DNA of 63,921 bases, filler included, from Reticulomyxa filosa (GCA_000512085.1; 23 parts of 23 records of this genome joined end to end with filler, not necessarily neighbours in it); one strand, 5' to 3'; counted from the whole stretch's first letter, positions 1 to 12,568 are shown. A program made the numbers and translations. The notes: a model not told the origin generated them from the sequence alone.

Positions 1-79
1 AAAAAAAAAAAGCAATAAACAAAGCCAAACCAGTAATTAGCAATAAGCAATAACAATAACAACAACAACAAAAAAAAAG

Positions 80-1472
80 TGATGGATACTTTGACTCAGA
101 AACAGCAAAATGGACGACAAAGCAAACTCGTAAAGACATCCGCGGAGAGTTGATACTTGAGAAGTTGAATCGTAATGCTGGAGTGTCAGTATTGACGATG
201 AGCACAACAGACGGCATATTATCGCAGCTGCAACCGGCATCCCATGAGAGCGATAACAATTGGTTCTCATTTTCAATAGAGTCGTTGCTGACTCAACATG
301 ATACGTGGAGTGACTCCATTGCAAAAATAAATGAGCATTTATTGGCGAATAAAACAAGTGTACGTGATGTGTTGGAGTACGTAATGCACCAATGTGATTT
401 CCATCCCAACAGAAACGATGGCAACGATAGCAATTGGCTTTGCAAGCAAAATGAGAACGGTGCGATCACTATTTTGGGATTGAAGTTTTTAGTCGAAGTT
501 GTATCGACGTATAATGGATGTGAATCCAAATGACATTCCCAAAGTCACGTACATTCAAATATCGCCTTCCTTTCAGCTGTTTCATCGCTCCCAAAGCGAT
601 GTGTCTTTGAAGGTGATGCAACAGTTGGATGAGTGCCTCGAGCAATTGGACAGCCTTGGGTTTCGATGGGCGGTCACTTCCGCTCATGGCTCCAGTGACA
701 AATTGGATGCGAAAGGAAACCTGAAGGTGATCCATGTCGCTTCAATCATTCGACGCATACTTGACCAACAAATAGAAGAGGTGAAAAGTTTAGAGTGTGA
801 TGTCATCGCCGTTGGCACGGATCACTCCATACTGAATCCCTCTTCGCCACATTTGCTCACATCGTTTCTCCACGTTTATATCATTCCCAAACATGACTTT
901 CTTTGGAGTGATTGGGATCACCTGGTCCAGCACATTATGAAACACTTGCGAACCATTCGTGGTGTTTACACCGTTTTAGGTTGGCTTCGCTTGCAATTAC
1001 TTTTATATACATATATGTGTATGTAGACTTGTATATTTGACGTATTTTTTAAATGCCTCCAATGTAAGTAAATGATATAAATATATATATATTTTTTTTT
1101 TTTTAATTTTGCTTGTATTTGCCAACAGGCAAAGAAGAAGCAGTCAAATATCTAGATCTGCCTGAAGAAATGACAGGAGATATTGTCATTTGTGGGGATA
1201 TTGATACTGTATTTGATGTTGATACCCACAACCCATCCTCTTCCTCAATTACGTATCCGTTTGGTACTCGATCTTTCGGAGGATTGGATGACTCCATGGT
1301 TCCAATGCTCATCAATGAAATACCCACTCCACGTTATACCAGAATGCTCAGTCGAGGCAAAGGAAGAAACTTTTATTTATGGGATATTTTGCTCAATGGA
1401 TTTGATCCATCTTTGCAAGATTTGTGCACTTATGAAGAAAAACCTTCTTTGTTTCCTTACATTGGCAAGTAG
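80..1472 (+). CDS. phnA-like: Phosphonoacetate hydrolase (PhnA)-like alkaline-phosphatase-superfamily protein; 5'-partial, metal ligands degenerate, 1-nt frameshift near 492
   Basis: Joins exon 80-979 (ORFs 150..533 and 499..1026), GT-AG intron 980-1128 and exon 1129-1472. Colinear with recalled bacterial PhnA: FDSET..K.IR..IL, TSAHGSSDKLDAKG (TADHGMNAKTDAIG), IRGVYTVLGKEEA...LPEEMTGDIVICG (IAGVEAVLTRSQA...LPEDRIGDLVVLG), RSFGGLDDSMVP (RSHGGVSEQKVP), RNFYLWDILLN (RNFDIIDLALN). Confidence 0.75.
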
Positions 1473-1912
1473 ATCAATTTTTGTGAACTCCATTCTTGAT
1501 CTTTCATCATTCTTCTTAAACGTTCATGGCAAGCAAATACTTTTTGTTTCAAATACAAATGATAAAAATTTTTTTGGTGATAAATCTGATTGGAATAAAA
1601 GTGGTAAATAAATGAAATTTTAACTGAAGTTTGAAAAGAAGTCAACGAATACATTGGAGCAAAAAATATAAATAAGAAAGCTGTCTTCAGTGTTAATTCA
1701 AAACTAAAATCAAAAATTTTTTGAAAGTTTCGTCTGAGAGCAAATGAAAAGCTTATCCATAACGAAAAGTATGTCGGCAAAAAATGCTGTAAACTTAATA
1801 AAATGTGTTGAAGAATTGCATAAAATCATAAATCGGTAAAATTGAATTATTTATACAAACATCAACTTTTTGAGTTTTATTATATATTTATTATTTATCT
1901 TTATTCAAGTTT

Positions 1913-2115
1913 TCTTGGAAAATATGTTGCCAATGAGGATGTAATTCTATTATAAATGACGTTATACTGTAGAATGAATGAAACGTCAAAAATAGAATAA
2001 TTCTGAGTCAGTTTCTTTGAAAATATATTGCCAATGATGATTTAATCTGTTGGAACAGGCCGTATGACTGTAGAATGAATGAAATACAACAGTAGAAAAT
2101 AACACTGAGGCAATT
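1913..2115. repeat. Diverged two-copy tandem repeat, unit about 101 bp
   Basis: ttgccaatga at 1927 and 2028; actgtagaatgaatgaaa at 1966 and 2067. Confidence 0.8.
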
Positions 2116-2221
2116 TTGGAATTTTTTAAATTCATCATATTCTTTTCTTTCATTAGAATTAAGTGTTCGGTCTTTTATAACTTTACTCGCTCAGATTAAT
2201 AACAACTTTGTAACAAGAAAC

Positions 2222-2321
2222 NNNNNNNNNNNNNNNNNNNNNNNNNNNNNNNNNNNNNNNNNNNNTTAATTAATTAANNNNNNNNNNNNNNNNNNNNNNN
2301 NNNNNNNNNNNNNNNNNNNNN
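2222..2321. other. Artificial contig-joining spacer N44-TTAATTAATTAA-N44 (first of 22)
   Basis: Identical 100-bp spacer with stops in all six frames. Copies start at 2222, 4430, 6018, 9238, 13386, 15119, 16677, 18990, 20743, 24543, 28188, 29713, 32030, 37102, 42818, 44109, 45380, 50777, 52015, 54717, 56352 and 57914. Confidence 0.99.
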
Positions 2322-3835
2322 AAATTGTAAGCTTCATTGAAACTACAAAATTTTGAAAAAGTGTTAATTTTTACTTACCAAGCTCTTGAAGTTTAACGAA
2401 GCAAGTTGTCCACTTTTTTTGAACTTTACATTTGATGATAACTTTGAAAGTTTTGGGACTAGTGGAAACAAAAGTGATTGAAGTAGACAAAATAATTAGT
2501 ATTTTGTTGGAAAATGATGATTTATTCGTTAAAGGTCATCGAAAGAACACGAAGGGATACAACAAAGAGGAATTGAAATTGCAGAAAGTGATCTCACAAA
2601 CAATGGGATAGCTTAGTGTCTGTGTAACAACCCTCTTTGTCATCTCCGTTCACTACAACGGCCAGTTCACCACGACAAGCGAACAGTGACAATGTGGAAG
2701 GCCTGAAACAAAACGACGAAGAAAAGTGGCATAAAATATCAATCGGTGTAAGCTCTTTTTGAGAACAACTATAAACTTATTTTTTTTAATTCATTGCCAA
2801 AATTACGTTGAATGACGTTTAGTATTTTTTACTTTCTTGCAATGCCCTCGCCGGCCAGGTATCAATATTTCTCGAATTTGTTTTTTAGTGCCAATTGTTT
2901 TTTAATTCTTTCAATTTTCAAATTGATTGCTAGTTGTAACATAGTGTTTTTTGTATTAGTAGTTCAGATGAATTACTTCTTATCAGAGGTATGCAGTTTT
3001 AATATTTTTTGACCGTCCTGTTAAAGGAGAATAAGTTTGGCAATTATTTAATAATTAACAACAAATTTTGCACTTTGATACTTTTAAACAACTTGTACAT
3101 GTTTTCATGGATATTTTAAGGTCTATAATAGAAAATTCGCTGGGATTACAAAACCTTTTCAATTTTTCATTACTGATTTCTAATCATTTGCTTCATTTTT
3201 CTGCATTTGATAATTAATGACAGTTGTTTAAAAAAGGACGTTTTAAGAATTTGAAATAAGTTGATGCTTTTAATTAGGGATAGTGTCGGATATGAAGTGT
3301 TTAATGTACAGTTTTTAGAACAAATTGCTTGTTCAATAACAGTACGTGCGTGAACTAATGTCACATTACAATTTTTTTTTGCTTGGATATTATCTTGCTT
3401 AATCCCTGAATTACCTCAATGCATTTGATGGATTTTTCTGCTTGAAGTCCCTTAATTCTCAATTGATTGATACAAGAAATTGTTGGTCTGAATTACCGTA
3501 AAACCTTCAAGCAAAATAGAACAGTAACAGAAGCAATAATTTTTGACGTTTTATTTGGAATAGCAAGAGAAGCATAACAAAAATAGTGGCAAAAAGTTCA
3601 AAAAATCCGCGTCTTAAAAAAGTATAGATAATGTTTATTTTATCTTTTTTTTTTTTGCAACAGATTTTGCTCCAACATTTGACACAAATAAAAAAATCGA
3701 CAAAAGATAACTAAGACAAAGGTAAACGAAACATCATCAACAACGATAATAAATCCCAAAAATAATAATCGATGGCTATTGCCATTAAATCACGCAAATT
3801 TTCAAAATATTAGTTTTATATTAGCGTCATTGATT

Positions 3836-4272
3836 TTAATTTATTTTATTTGATTGGTTTTTTCCAACTCCACGATGAATATGTTTCTTTAATTCTTGTT
3901 CCTCTTCTCCTCGAGTGTTTTGTCTGAATCTCAAATCGTTCGAATCAGTTTTTTTCTCGACTTTTTTTGGACTTGTGAGATTTTTTGGATTTGGACTTAT
4001 CCTTGTGTTTTTTGTGCTTTTTAGGCTTGGAAGCATCGTCAGCGGGTATGTCATCAACAAGTTCCCCGCCTCCGAATTGCATCTGATAGAACATTTTCAA
4101 AGCAGCGGCTGATTTTCCACCGGAGTGCAGGCAAGTCATTTCACAGGCGTTGTCAATTTCATGAAACGGTACAAAGGTAAACGCGGTATGTTCATTGGAC
4201 AGTTTCAAATAAAAATCTTGATCGCTTTCAGGTTTCGTCAAATTGTGGGGAACAGTTTCATTTTCTTTGGTC
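3836..4272 (-). CDS. Hypothetical protein, terminal exon with Lys/Ser-rich basic tail
   Basis: Acceptor ...atatag near 4273. ORF 3945..4241 continues into ORF 3836..4060 through a 1-nt indel in an A-run near 3950. The upstream intron contains a (GAAT)n microsatellite. Confidence 0.55.
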
Positions 4273-4529
4273 TATATATTTTGCATTTACAGCAACAACA
4301 ACATCAATAAATAATAATAAATAAATGAATGAATGAATGAATGAATGGATAAACGAATGAGTGAATGAATAATAACAATAATAACAATAATTAATAATAA
4401 ATAAATATATTTATTTATTATTAATTATTNNNNNNNNNNNNNNNNNNNNNNNNNNNNNNNNNNNNNNNNNNNNTTAATTAATTAANNNNNNNNNNNNNNN
4501 NNNNNNNNNNNNNNNNNNNNNNNNNNNNN

Positions 4530-4880
4530 ACCATTGAATACTTTATATACCTATGCTGTTGAAATCCTGCGCCAATGATAGCAATATAGTTAAAATAAGT
4601 TGAAGGAGAAATAGATTTGGATAATTGTTCAGCATTTCTTCATATCTTTTTAGATGTTTAATCATTGTTGTTTTGTAAATGGCCATAAATAACATCATTA
4701 TATTTTTATTTTAATTTGTACCAATCAATATAATATTAATATTTTCATCATTTAATACCTTACTTCTACAAGTGACAATCAGACACCAAATTTATTATTT
4801 AATTACTCGTCATTGTATTTGAGTATTAAATCTTATAAACTTGTTGCATGCTGTTTTATTTTCTTGCTTTCATTTCATAA
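4530..4880 (-). pseudogene. Decayed NACHT-NTPase family fragment
   Basis: The minus strand gives IVTCRSKVLNDENI (sensor-1-like), YLWPFTKQQ and LNNYPNLFLLQLILTIL, broken by stops and frameshifts. Same family as 13486-15118. Confidence 0.55.
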
Positions 4881-6329
4881 GATGATCCTAATTTGATTAA
4901 TGAAAAAAAATATAAAATACAATTTACAATTGAAATGTCATTGTTGAAGGAATTTAAAAAGATGAATTTTTTGATCTGCTAGTAATTAAAGATGAAAGAT
5001 ACGTCAAAATCTGAAAAAGGATTTTTTTTTTGACTATTTGCCAAAAAATAAACTCAATGCATAAATTTTTCCAATGATGCTTTTTACTGCTTTAATGAGT
5101 AGGGAATTACACAAAATGATGCGAATGAGTGGTATATGCCCTAACCTTTGTAGCCTTTGGGTTGGACTACAGATACTATGTGAAAAACTATCAACATTCG
5201 TTTTTAGTGTTGTGCGTCAATCCGAAACTGATGTTACCTTTGATAAAATTCACTCACACATTGCAACGATGCAACGGCATCATTGTGTACGACTATATTT
5301 TGTGTGGAAAGTTACAAGACAAACTGTCCGCCAGCCATGGCTAATTGAAGAACAAAAATAACACACTGACCCGACAGACAAATTTTTTAATGAGTCCTAT
5401 GTTGCATTGCTTACGGAATATCTTGTTATGTATTTGTTTTGTATTATTTTTGTCGTTTTGTATGGACACTTGCATAATGTTTTGTTGCATAAATGGGATT
5501 TATGCTATGTCGTGGACTGGAACATATCTCATTTGGCAAAATGAATCAACAATGTGCTAATAGACACCACAAGCGAACACTACTCCTTACATGTGGGCAG
5601 TGAGATCATTGATGTGTGATGACTGTTGGACAATGTAGACTTGTCCTTATTAGTGCCACGCACACAGAACATCGATCGCTTTTGGGAAAAGTGGATCGCA
5701 TTGCATGCGCATGAAGAAGATTTAAACGCTTAGTTGGAAGATAAGGATAATGAAACAACTATCAAGATATGGTATTGTGTGTGTCGTGTGATACTAAGTA
5801 TCACGCCACCAGTGGCAAGGGCTTCTTTACTTATCAATTTGTCACTTTCATTTTGGCACATCCACCAACGGCTCGCAAAAATTGGTAATTTTTTTAAAAA
5901 TCATCTATCAATTTCAAAGTGCGACTCTTAACTCTTTTTTTTTAGTGTACTATTCCTTCCATCTTTCCTCTGCAATGCAAAGTTTAATGTGCAATTTTCA
6001 TCTTTTTCTTGCTATGANNNNNNNNNNNNNNNNNNNNNNNNNNNNNNNNNNNNNNNNNNNNTTAATTAATTAANNNNNNNNNNNNNNNNNNNNNNNNNNN
6101 NNNNNNNNNNNNNNNNNTAAAAACAAAATAATTAGTATAAGTAAGTTCCGAAGTACAATGACCACTCATATGAATTGCAAAAGTCGATTTCAAGCACAAA
6201 TTTGGTGGAACAACACCTAATCTTGGAGATAAGCGCATCTTCAATATTTTGGCCAATTCTGTCCTCCAAGACATTAATAACATGTTTGTCATTGCTTTTT
6301 TTTTTCCATTTTTTTTTTTTTTTTATTAC

Positions 6330-8550
6330 TTTGCCTGAAGTGTTTCAATTGCTTGTTGACACAACTTGTATTCGACAGATTTTGGAACATTGCCCGATGG
6401 AAGATTCCAAATTCCAACAACAAACACAACAATTGTCTGCCAGATTTCCTTCATCCAAGGAACTTTTGAATAAAAAGTCTGGAATTACCCAAAGAGAATT
6501 GGATATGGCCGTGGTAATCAGTGAATTTTAAAACGATCAATGCTTCAAATATAAACACATAATTCATAATAATTAAAGCAGAGCCTGATCACTTGCTATC
6601 ACAATTACAAACAGCAAAGGCCATTAGTAAAAAAAAAATAATAAATATTTATTGATACGATTGTGGCGATGAATGCTGTTCATAACTTTGCGTATTCAAT
6701 TTTTGGACAAGCAACTACGTTTGACCCGTCTACTAATGCTTCTGGCACCGAGCAAAAGCAAGCAACAGAACACACGAAAGTGAGAATCAAGAAAATGGTC
6801 AAGTCAGTAATGAAAATAAAAAGCGCCAAAGTATTTCTTTTGGGCCTAAAAAAGCTGGCAAAATAAGAGATTCTTTAATCAAATCCAAAAGTGGGGAGCA
6901 TCGACCTGGCAACATTGTACCTGCAGCTACAACCCCACAAAACAACGCTCCACATCTACAAAAAGTAATAACCAAAAAGTTGCTAATATTGAACATACTA
7001 ATACTACCAAAGAGCCATGACCCATCCTTCCCAATTCCAATTGAACAGGGTGGGAAACAAATCAATCGACAATGGCACATCTCTTCCAGCCAAAACTTCA
7101 TCACAACCAAGCAACCAGCAGCCAGGCCCCGTAATGTTGCTGAAGAGAAGCAAATCAGAAAAAGGTAACAAAATAAACTTCATCACAATAGAGAGCCCTC
7201 ATTGATCTCTGTTGTCACTGTGATTGTCTTGATATGGAGAAAGAAGAAGAAGAAGAAGGAAAGGACGGATATTGTACAAACGCATCACCTCGTATTTGCG
7301 AACAACACAAATAACATAGACAGAGCACCGCAGATAATCACGTTATGCGCGGCCGTCTTGCAAATCTTGTGTATCAATAACTATTGTATTACACAACTAT
7401 TGGGAGAGTCATATCTTGGGCGGTCATCATTGCCACTCTGCAAAAATACGTCGGAGTCGTGGACGCGATGAAAAAGGGCAATCGCAATCCCAATGGCAGC
7501 GAAGTACAAATGATATTGGACGAAATTTGGTACTTGTTGAATGATTTATTTCCACACACACACACACGGACAATGATAATATGTATGCGCTGTTAAAGGA
7601 TTATGAGCTGGTATGCAGCTATGGCCAAATAATGGAGTACGTTGCGTGGTTGAAAATTCGTCAAAGACATGTTGCCAACAATTGTCTGGAACTTGCTGTC
7701 AAATATAAAATGACAGATTATGAAGGAATTGTGGTACTGATTCACAGTGCCTTTATCACCTTGTATGGGTCTCGTATGCTCGTTTCTAAAAAAATACAAA
7801 AAATGCGACCTGATATTATTGAATTAGACAAGCAGACAAAGCGCATGTGCTTGAGTTTGGACTGCCGTTACATTGTCTTGGAAGAAACAGAAGTAAATAC
7901 CGCAACGTCCAAAAACAAAAAACCAAACATACTGACAAATTGCCGATCGTTGGAAAAATTGATATCAATGACGTGAGTTATGTGTATCGATCTGCTGGAT
8001 GATTCCAATGATGCGTCTGCTAACATATCACAGACGGATCACTCTTTACATGACTATCCTCCATCCCTTTCCAATGTCATTGCAAACAATGAAGCCCTTA
8101 TTCACCAACTATTCATAATTGTCTTGAAGCCGCGATCATCTGTTAATACAAATCTCCCTCGTTCCGATCAAGCCTTGGATACCTCTCCTTTTGTTTCTTC
8201 GTCGTCAAGCTACACTTTTTCCAGTGACGTCCCTGTGTGTTTGTAGTCACTCAAATGCCGGAAGAGTCCATCCATTGGGTCGAATTGAAACAATTTATTG
8301 GTTGAAACATTGAAGCCTCTGCAATGGTCAAAACAGAAATGGAGCTTCAATACTTGCTGAAGAAATATTGTGTGGTATTAACGAAACAACAAAAGATATG
8401 GACATGCAATACATTTCACAATTGCATAAACTTTGTGAGGTTTGATATGCTCAAGGAATCTACAAATCATCACCAAGAAAGTATTACACGTTCGTATCTT
8501 TAGTAGGAGTTTGTACAAATGAAACAAGCAATGTTCAACTATTTATATCA
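6330..8550 (+). pseudogene. Fragmented multi-exon hypothetical gene
   Basis: Chain of coding-like ORFs (6175, 6663, 7017, 7202, 7384, 7581, 7980) with in-frame stops and frameshifts. No family recognised. Confidence 0.4.
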
Positions 8551-9337
8551 ACTGTAAGTAATGAACAATGCCTTATGTCAATCGTCGATTAATATCAATA
8601 TTGGTTTTTTTCAAAGTGTTGAGATTTGAATGTTAAGTAATGTGTGTTATATATACTCTTTATTTTCTTTTTTTCTATATGATATGCCAATATTATATTG
8701 ATTAATACAAAACAAAATAGCCAAAGAAGTGCATAATCCCATCTCTTTTCCAGCACAAAATTGTTACTGAAACGAGCAGAACAATGTGTAAATATGATGT
8801 TTTTGATTCTAAATAAAATACTCAGTTTACTGTGTGTTTGCGAGAAAGAAAAAGTTGTTTTTGTATCCAAAACCATTTTATTTACTATAGATTGATTTTT
8901 TGTTTAATTTGATATTTGCAAAAATTGAAATTCATATTTTGTTGCCCTTTTTTTTTTGTTGTTGTTTACACTGTTATTTTTTTGCATAGGTAAAATTCAT
9001 TTTAGTTTGAAAACCCCTTCTGCTTTGTTTTATTTTTTCAATTATTTCTGCCTTTCCAGTCTGCCGTTCATCGATAAATCGTCTTGAAACAAATTTTATA
9101 AATCATATTTAAGAAGATCAAATATTTGAACACCTAAATTAACACAATGTCTCTTTGGTGATTGACAATGGAAAAGATAGTCTTGTCACTGTGTACAATG
9201 GCTAATTTCTTCACGTGTGATTGCCAGGTTTTTCACTNNNNNNNNNNNNNNNNNNNNNNNNNNNNNNNNNNNNNNNNNNNNTTAATTAATTAANNNNNNN
9301 NNNNNNNNNNNNNNNNNNNNNNNNNNNNNNNNNNNNN

Positions 9338-9830
9338 TTTGTGGCCAAATGGAGGGTCTTGGCTTCTTCAAAGCGAACCTTTCTATCAGATTTGATTGGA
9401 ATAGATGTGTTTCGTTGGAAAAAAAAAAAAGACGACTTGGCAGAACTGAGAGCATTGGAACACATCCAATCAAAGCCACAAACAATAAAAGTGGCAGTAA
9501 CTGGAGCGTCTGGGAACATTGGATATGCACTTTTATTTCACTTAGCCAGGTAGCATCATTTGTTTCGTCTGTTGTCCACCGACATAATGTTTTTTAAACA
9601 AGAAATGAAAATAGTGAAGGAGGGGAGTGATAACATTAATCAATTGTAAAAAAATATACGTATAGAATAAAAGTGGTGAAATGTTTGAAAAAAATCAACG
9701 AGTTCAAATCAACTCAAACGATTTGTCATCAATGGTTCCAAAAGTGAATCGAGTGGCAATGGAATTATATATGATTGTTGTATTTCCAAATTTGGAAGGC
9801 ATCTTAATCATTGATTCGTTGGAACGGGTT
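9338..9830 (+). pseudogene. MDH: Malate dehydrogenase (MDH1/type 2) N-terminal fragment with presequence-like extension
   Basis: IKVAVTGASGNIGYALLFHLA Rossmann motif. After an intron, MFEKNQRV...VAMELY...FPNLEGI is a degraded match to MELxDCAFPLL. No C-terminal domain follows. Confidence 0.75.
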
Positions 9831-10991
9831 TTGTTTTCGAATTTTCTTTTTTATTTTTTTTTTATTTTGTGTTGAATGAGATGCGCCCCCTTTTTTCGAG
9901 ATTCATTTTTTTTTTTTTTTTTGAAAAAAGGACCTTTTCTTTACGTGAATGCGATTTTGAATTTGTTTACAAAAAAAAAAAAAAAAGGGGGATACCGAAG
10001 ATGCGAAATGGCAAGATGTGCAATTAGGTGGATTTCTAAATGAAGCGTACGAAGCACAAAACTTGAAAATTGCGAGAAACTTGTTGGCAACGACAGCATT
10101 TTCAGTGAACCAAAGCAGACATTACAGTGGGCTGCAAAAGCTCGAGGACGACGAGCAGCAAGAAAGCGAAGAGGAAGAAACCACCGTCATTATCGAAGAA
10201 AGTCGAGTCGCTTCATCCATCGAAACGCCTAACGAATCCACCGCCAATCATTAAAAGCAAATTACTATTACTTCCGAACAATTCAACAAAGCTTTGACAG
10301 TTTTGTGTATACGTACATATAAACATATATGCATATATGTATATGTATATATAAACACATATACACATACACATACATACGTATACATAGTTGACGAATA
10401 CGGAGATGCAAAATCTCGATGCACTAATAGTAGGATGAGAAAAGGAAGTGGCTAGTCGAAGTAGATAAGCATTGGAATTGTTGAAGAAATTGAAAATGGC
10501 TTTGGGATTATCTCCTGTAGGTATTTTGTGTGTTTTTTTTTGTTAATTCATTTGAAACATCAATCCAAAAAAAAAAAACAAAGATTTTTTTTATATTTAT
10601 ATTTATAAAAAAGAAATAGTTGAGTGAAAGGATATAACATTTTCAGGTTATTCCAAACATGTTTGTATACTTACTCCAACAACTCCATTTTTGAAAGCAA
10701 GTTCGTTGTTGCCTTCAGATACTATATAACACTGCATTTGTTCCTACAGACCTTTAGTTTATTTTATTGAGTAGGTTTTAATAGCTATTCAGAAAACAAG
10801 TTTAAAAAATTATTAGTGAAAAGCATTCCATTTATTATAAAAATGTCAGTCTTTTTGCAAAACAATACTTGCTTGGTTGTTCCAATTTTCTTAGCATTTT
10901 TTTTGTTTGTTTTAGTTACTAACATGTCTTTTAATAATATTTTTTTTATTCTTTTAAAAAGACACGAAAATTAAATGGATGGAACTAATGC

Positions 10992-12568
10992 TCAATACAA
11001 TGAGTCTTCAAATAATAAAATTTGCCAATGCAATGGCTGTATATCTTCCATGATAGTCATAAAATGTCTTTTCAACGCAATGTCAATAATGATTGCTCCC
11101 ATATCTTGTGTCATAGTTTTAACTGTTACACATAACGGACGTTCTGTCATTTGTATATGTTCTTTGTCAAAGCAGTGCCAAGGTATCCAATTTAAATTGG
11201 TATTTCTGTCAATCGATCGAATTTTAATTGCACCGGACTTGTCCATCACATAATCAATGCTATGAAATTCCACTCTTGTTGCATACGGATGGTGTCGGAA
11301 CAATGAATGCAATGAATACTCCGCTTGACCTAGTGTCCTCCAAAATGCAGATATACACGTACACATATATAATCATATATGTATATATGTATATTTGTAT
11401 GTAATAGACAGAAATTGTGAAAAAGACAGAGAAAAAAAAAAAGGTTTGTGAAATGGTTACGTGAATGATATTGAGCTGACTTCCACAACCACTGTGCCAG
11501 CTCAATACATTTGGAGTTTAGTTTCTTTTCGTCCATTTTTTGTTGTTTCGACAAATGCTCCAAAAATTGGTCCCATTGCCAAACTAAAGAGGTCTCAGAA
11601 TCATCCGACTCTTTTTCATTCTCATTATTATTATTATTATTATTATTATTGTTACTATTTGCTCCTTTCACATGTTGATCCCCTTGTGCAAAAGGGGGCT
11701 GAAACACTACAAATCCGGGGAAGTATAATATAAGTAAGGGATCGAAACTGGCAACCAAAAAATGCCATCTCATTACAAAGCTATAAGTTGTACCATTCAA
11801 TTGTAATTTCATCAATTCGTCATTTGGATGTTCCATCACTTCTTCAAATGCTTTCAATGGATGTGAAAACAATCTTTGTCCTGGACTTTGGTGAACATCT
11901 CATTGTAATACGTTGCATACGCATTCAAATGCTCAGTGTCGTTGCGATGCATATTGTAAATATATTTCGATAAAAATACATTTTCTGCTGTGTTGCTTTT
12001 GTCATTCATTATTACATGCAAACCATAACATCCTGGAAATTCAGTATGCGTATTCATGGACACAAGTGTCAACATGTGGTCATCACTTGCATCACTCACT
12101 TTATTTTTTTTTTTGAAGAAGTATTATTATGATTGATGTTCTTTTACAACACACAAAAAAGCATCGAACCTGAGTTGAAATCTAATTGGTCACCTAGGTA
12201 TTGAATAAGTAACGAATGAAGACAACAATTGTGTATGGGAAGTTGAAACACACTCTCACGACATTGGGTACCGACTGGATTGCTATACAAAGTCGGAATT
12301 ATCCATTTGAAATCGCGTGAGAGTGTATATAGCTCCAAATAGGCCGCTGGACGGGGAATTTGATCTATTAGCTCTTTTTCACGTGCTCGACTTGGTTCGT
12401 TGGAGTCATATGGCGAAGGGGAGGTGATTCGAGACAAGTGGTAGCTAGTGTAAATTATTGAGGACGCTAATAACAAAACTATTGCCAAAAAAAAAAAGAA
12501 ATGGGCCGGTTATTACAAACACAAAGTGATTGCAAAGGTTTTGACGAAGATGAGGAAACGTTGCGCAT
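10992..12568 (-). CDS. Tubulin-tyrosine-ligase-like (ATP-grasp) protein with N-terminal signal anchor, catalytic motifs degenerate
   Basis: ATG at 12568 (1-nt indel in the homopolymer at 12487-12497), then hydrophobic FFFLAIVLLLASSIIY. Motifs VFLSKYIYN (IVQKYIxNP), FVMRWHFLVASFDPLLILYFPGFVVF (FDLRxYVLVTSxDPL...G.VRF) and VEFHSIDYVMDKSGAIKIRSIDRNTNL (FELFGxDxMLD...WLLEVNxSP). Spans ORFs 12144, 11854, 11330 and 10992. Confidence 0.6.

Noticed and set aside
80-1472. Bacterial contaminant or recent HGT for the phnA-like gene
   Set aside because: It has a spliceosomal intron and a host-like A-rich acceptor. Ancient HGT cannot be judged without a phylogeny.
4386-4429. Perfect 44-bp AT-only palindrome
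   Set aside because: It is low complexity, intronic and exactly at a contig end, so probably a fold-back or assembly artefact.
5074-5931. Coding-like ORFs
   Set aside because: They are fragmented with stops and no family could be assigned.
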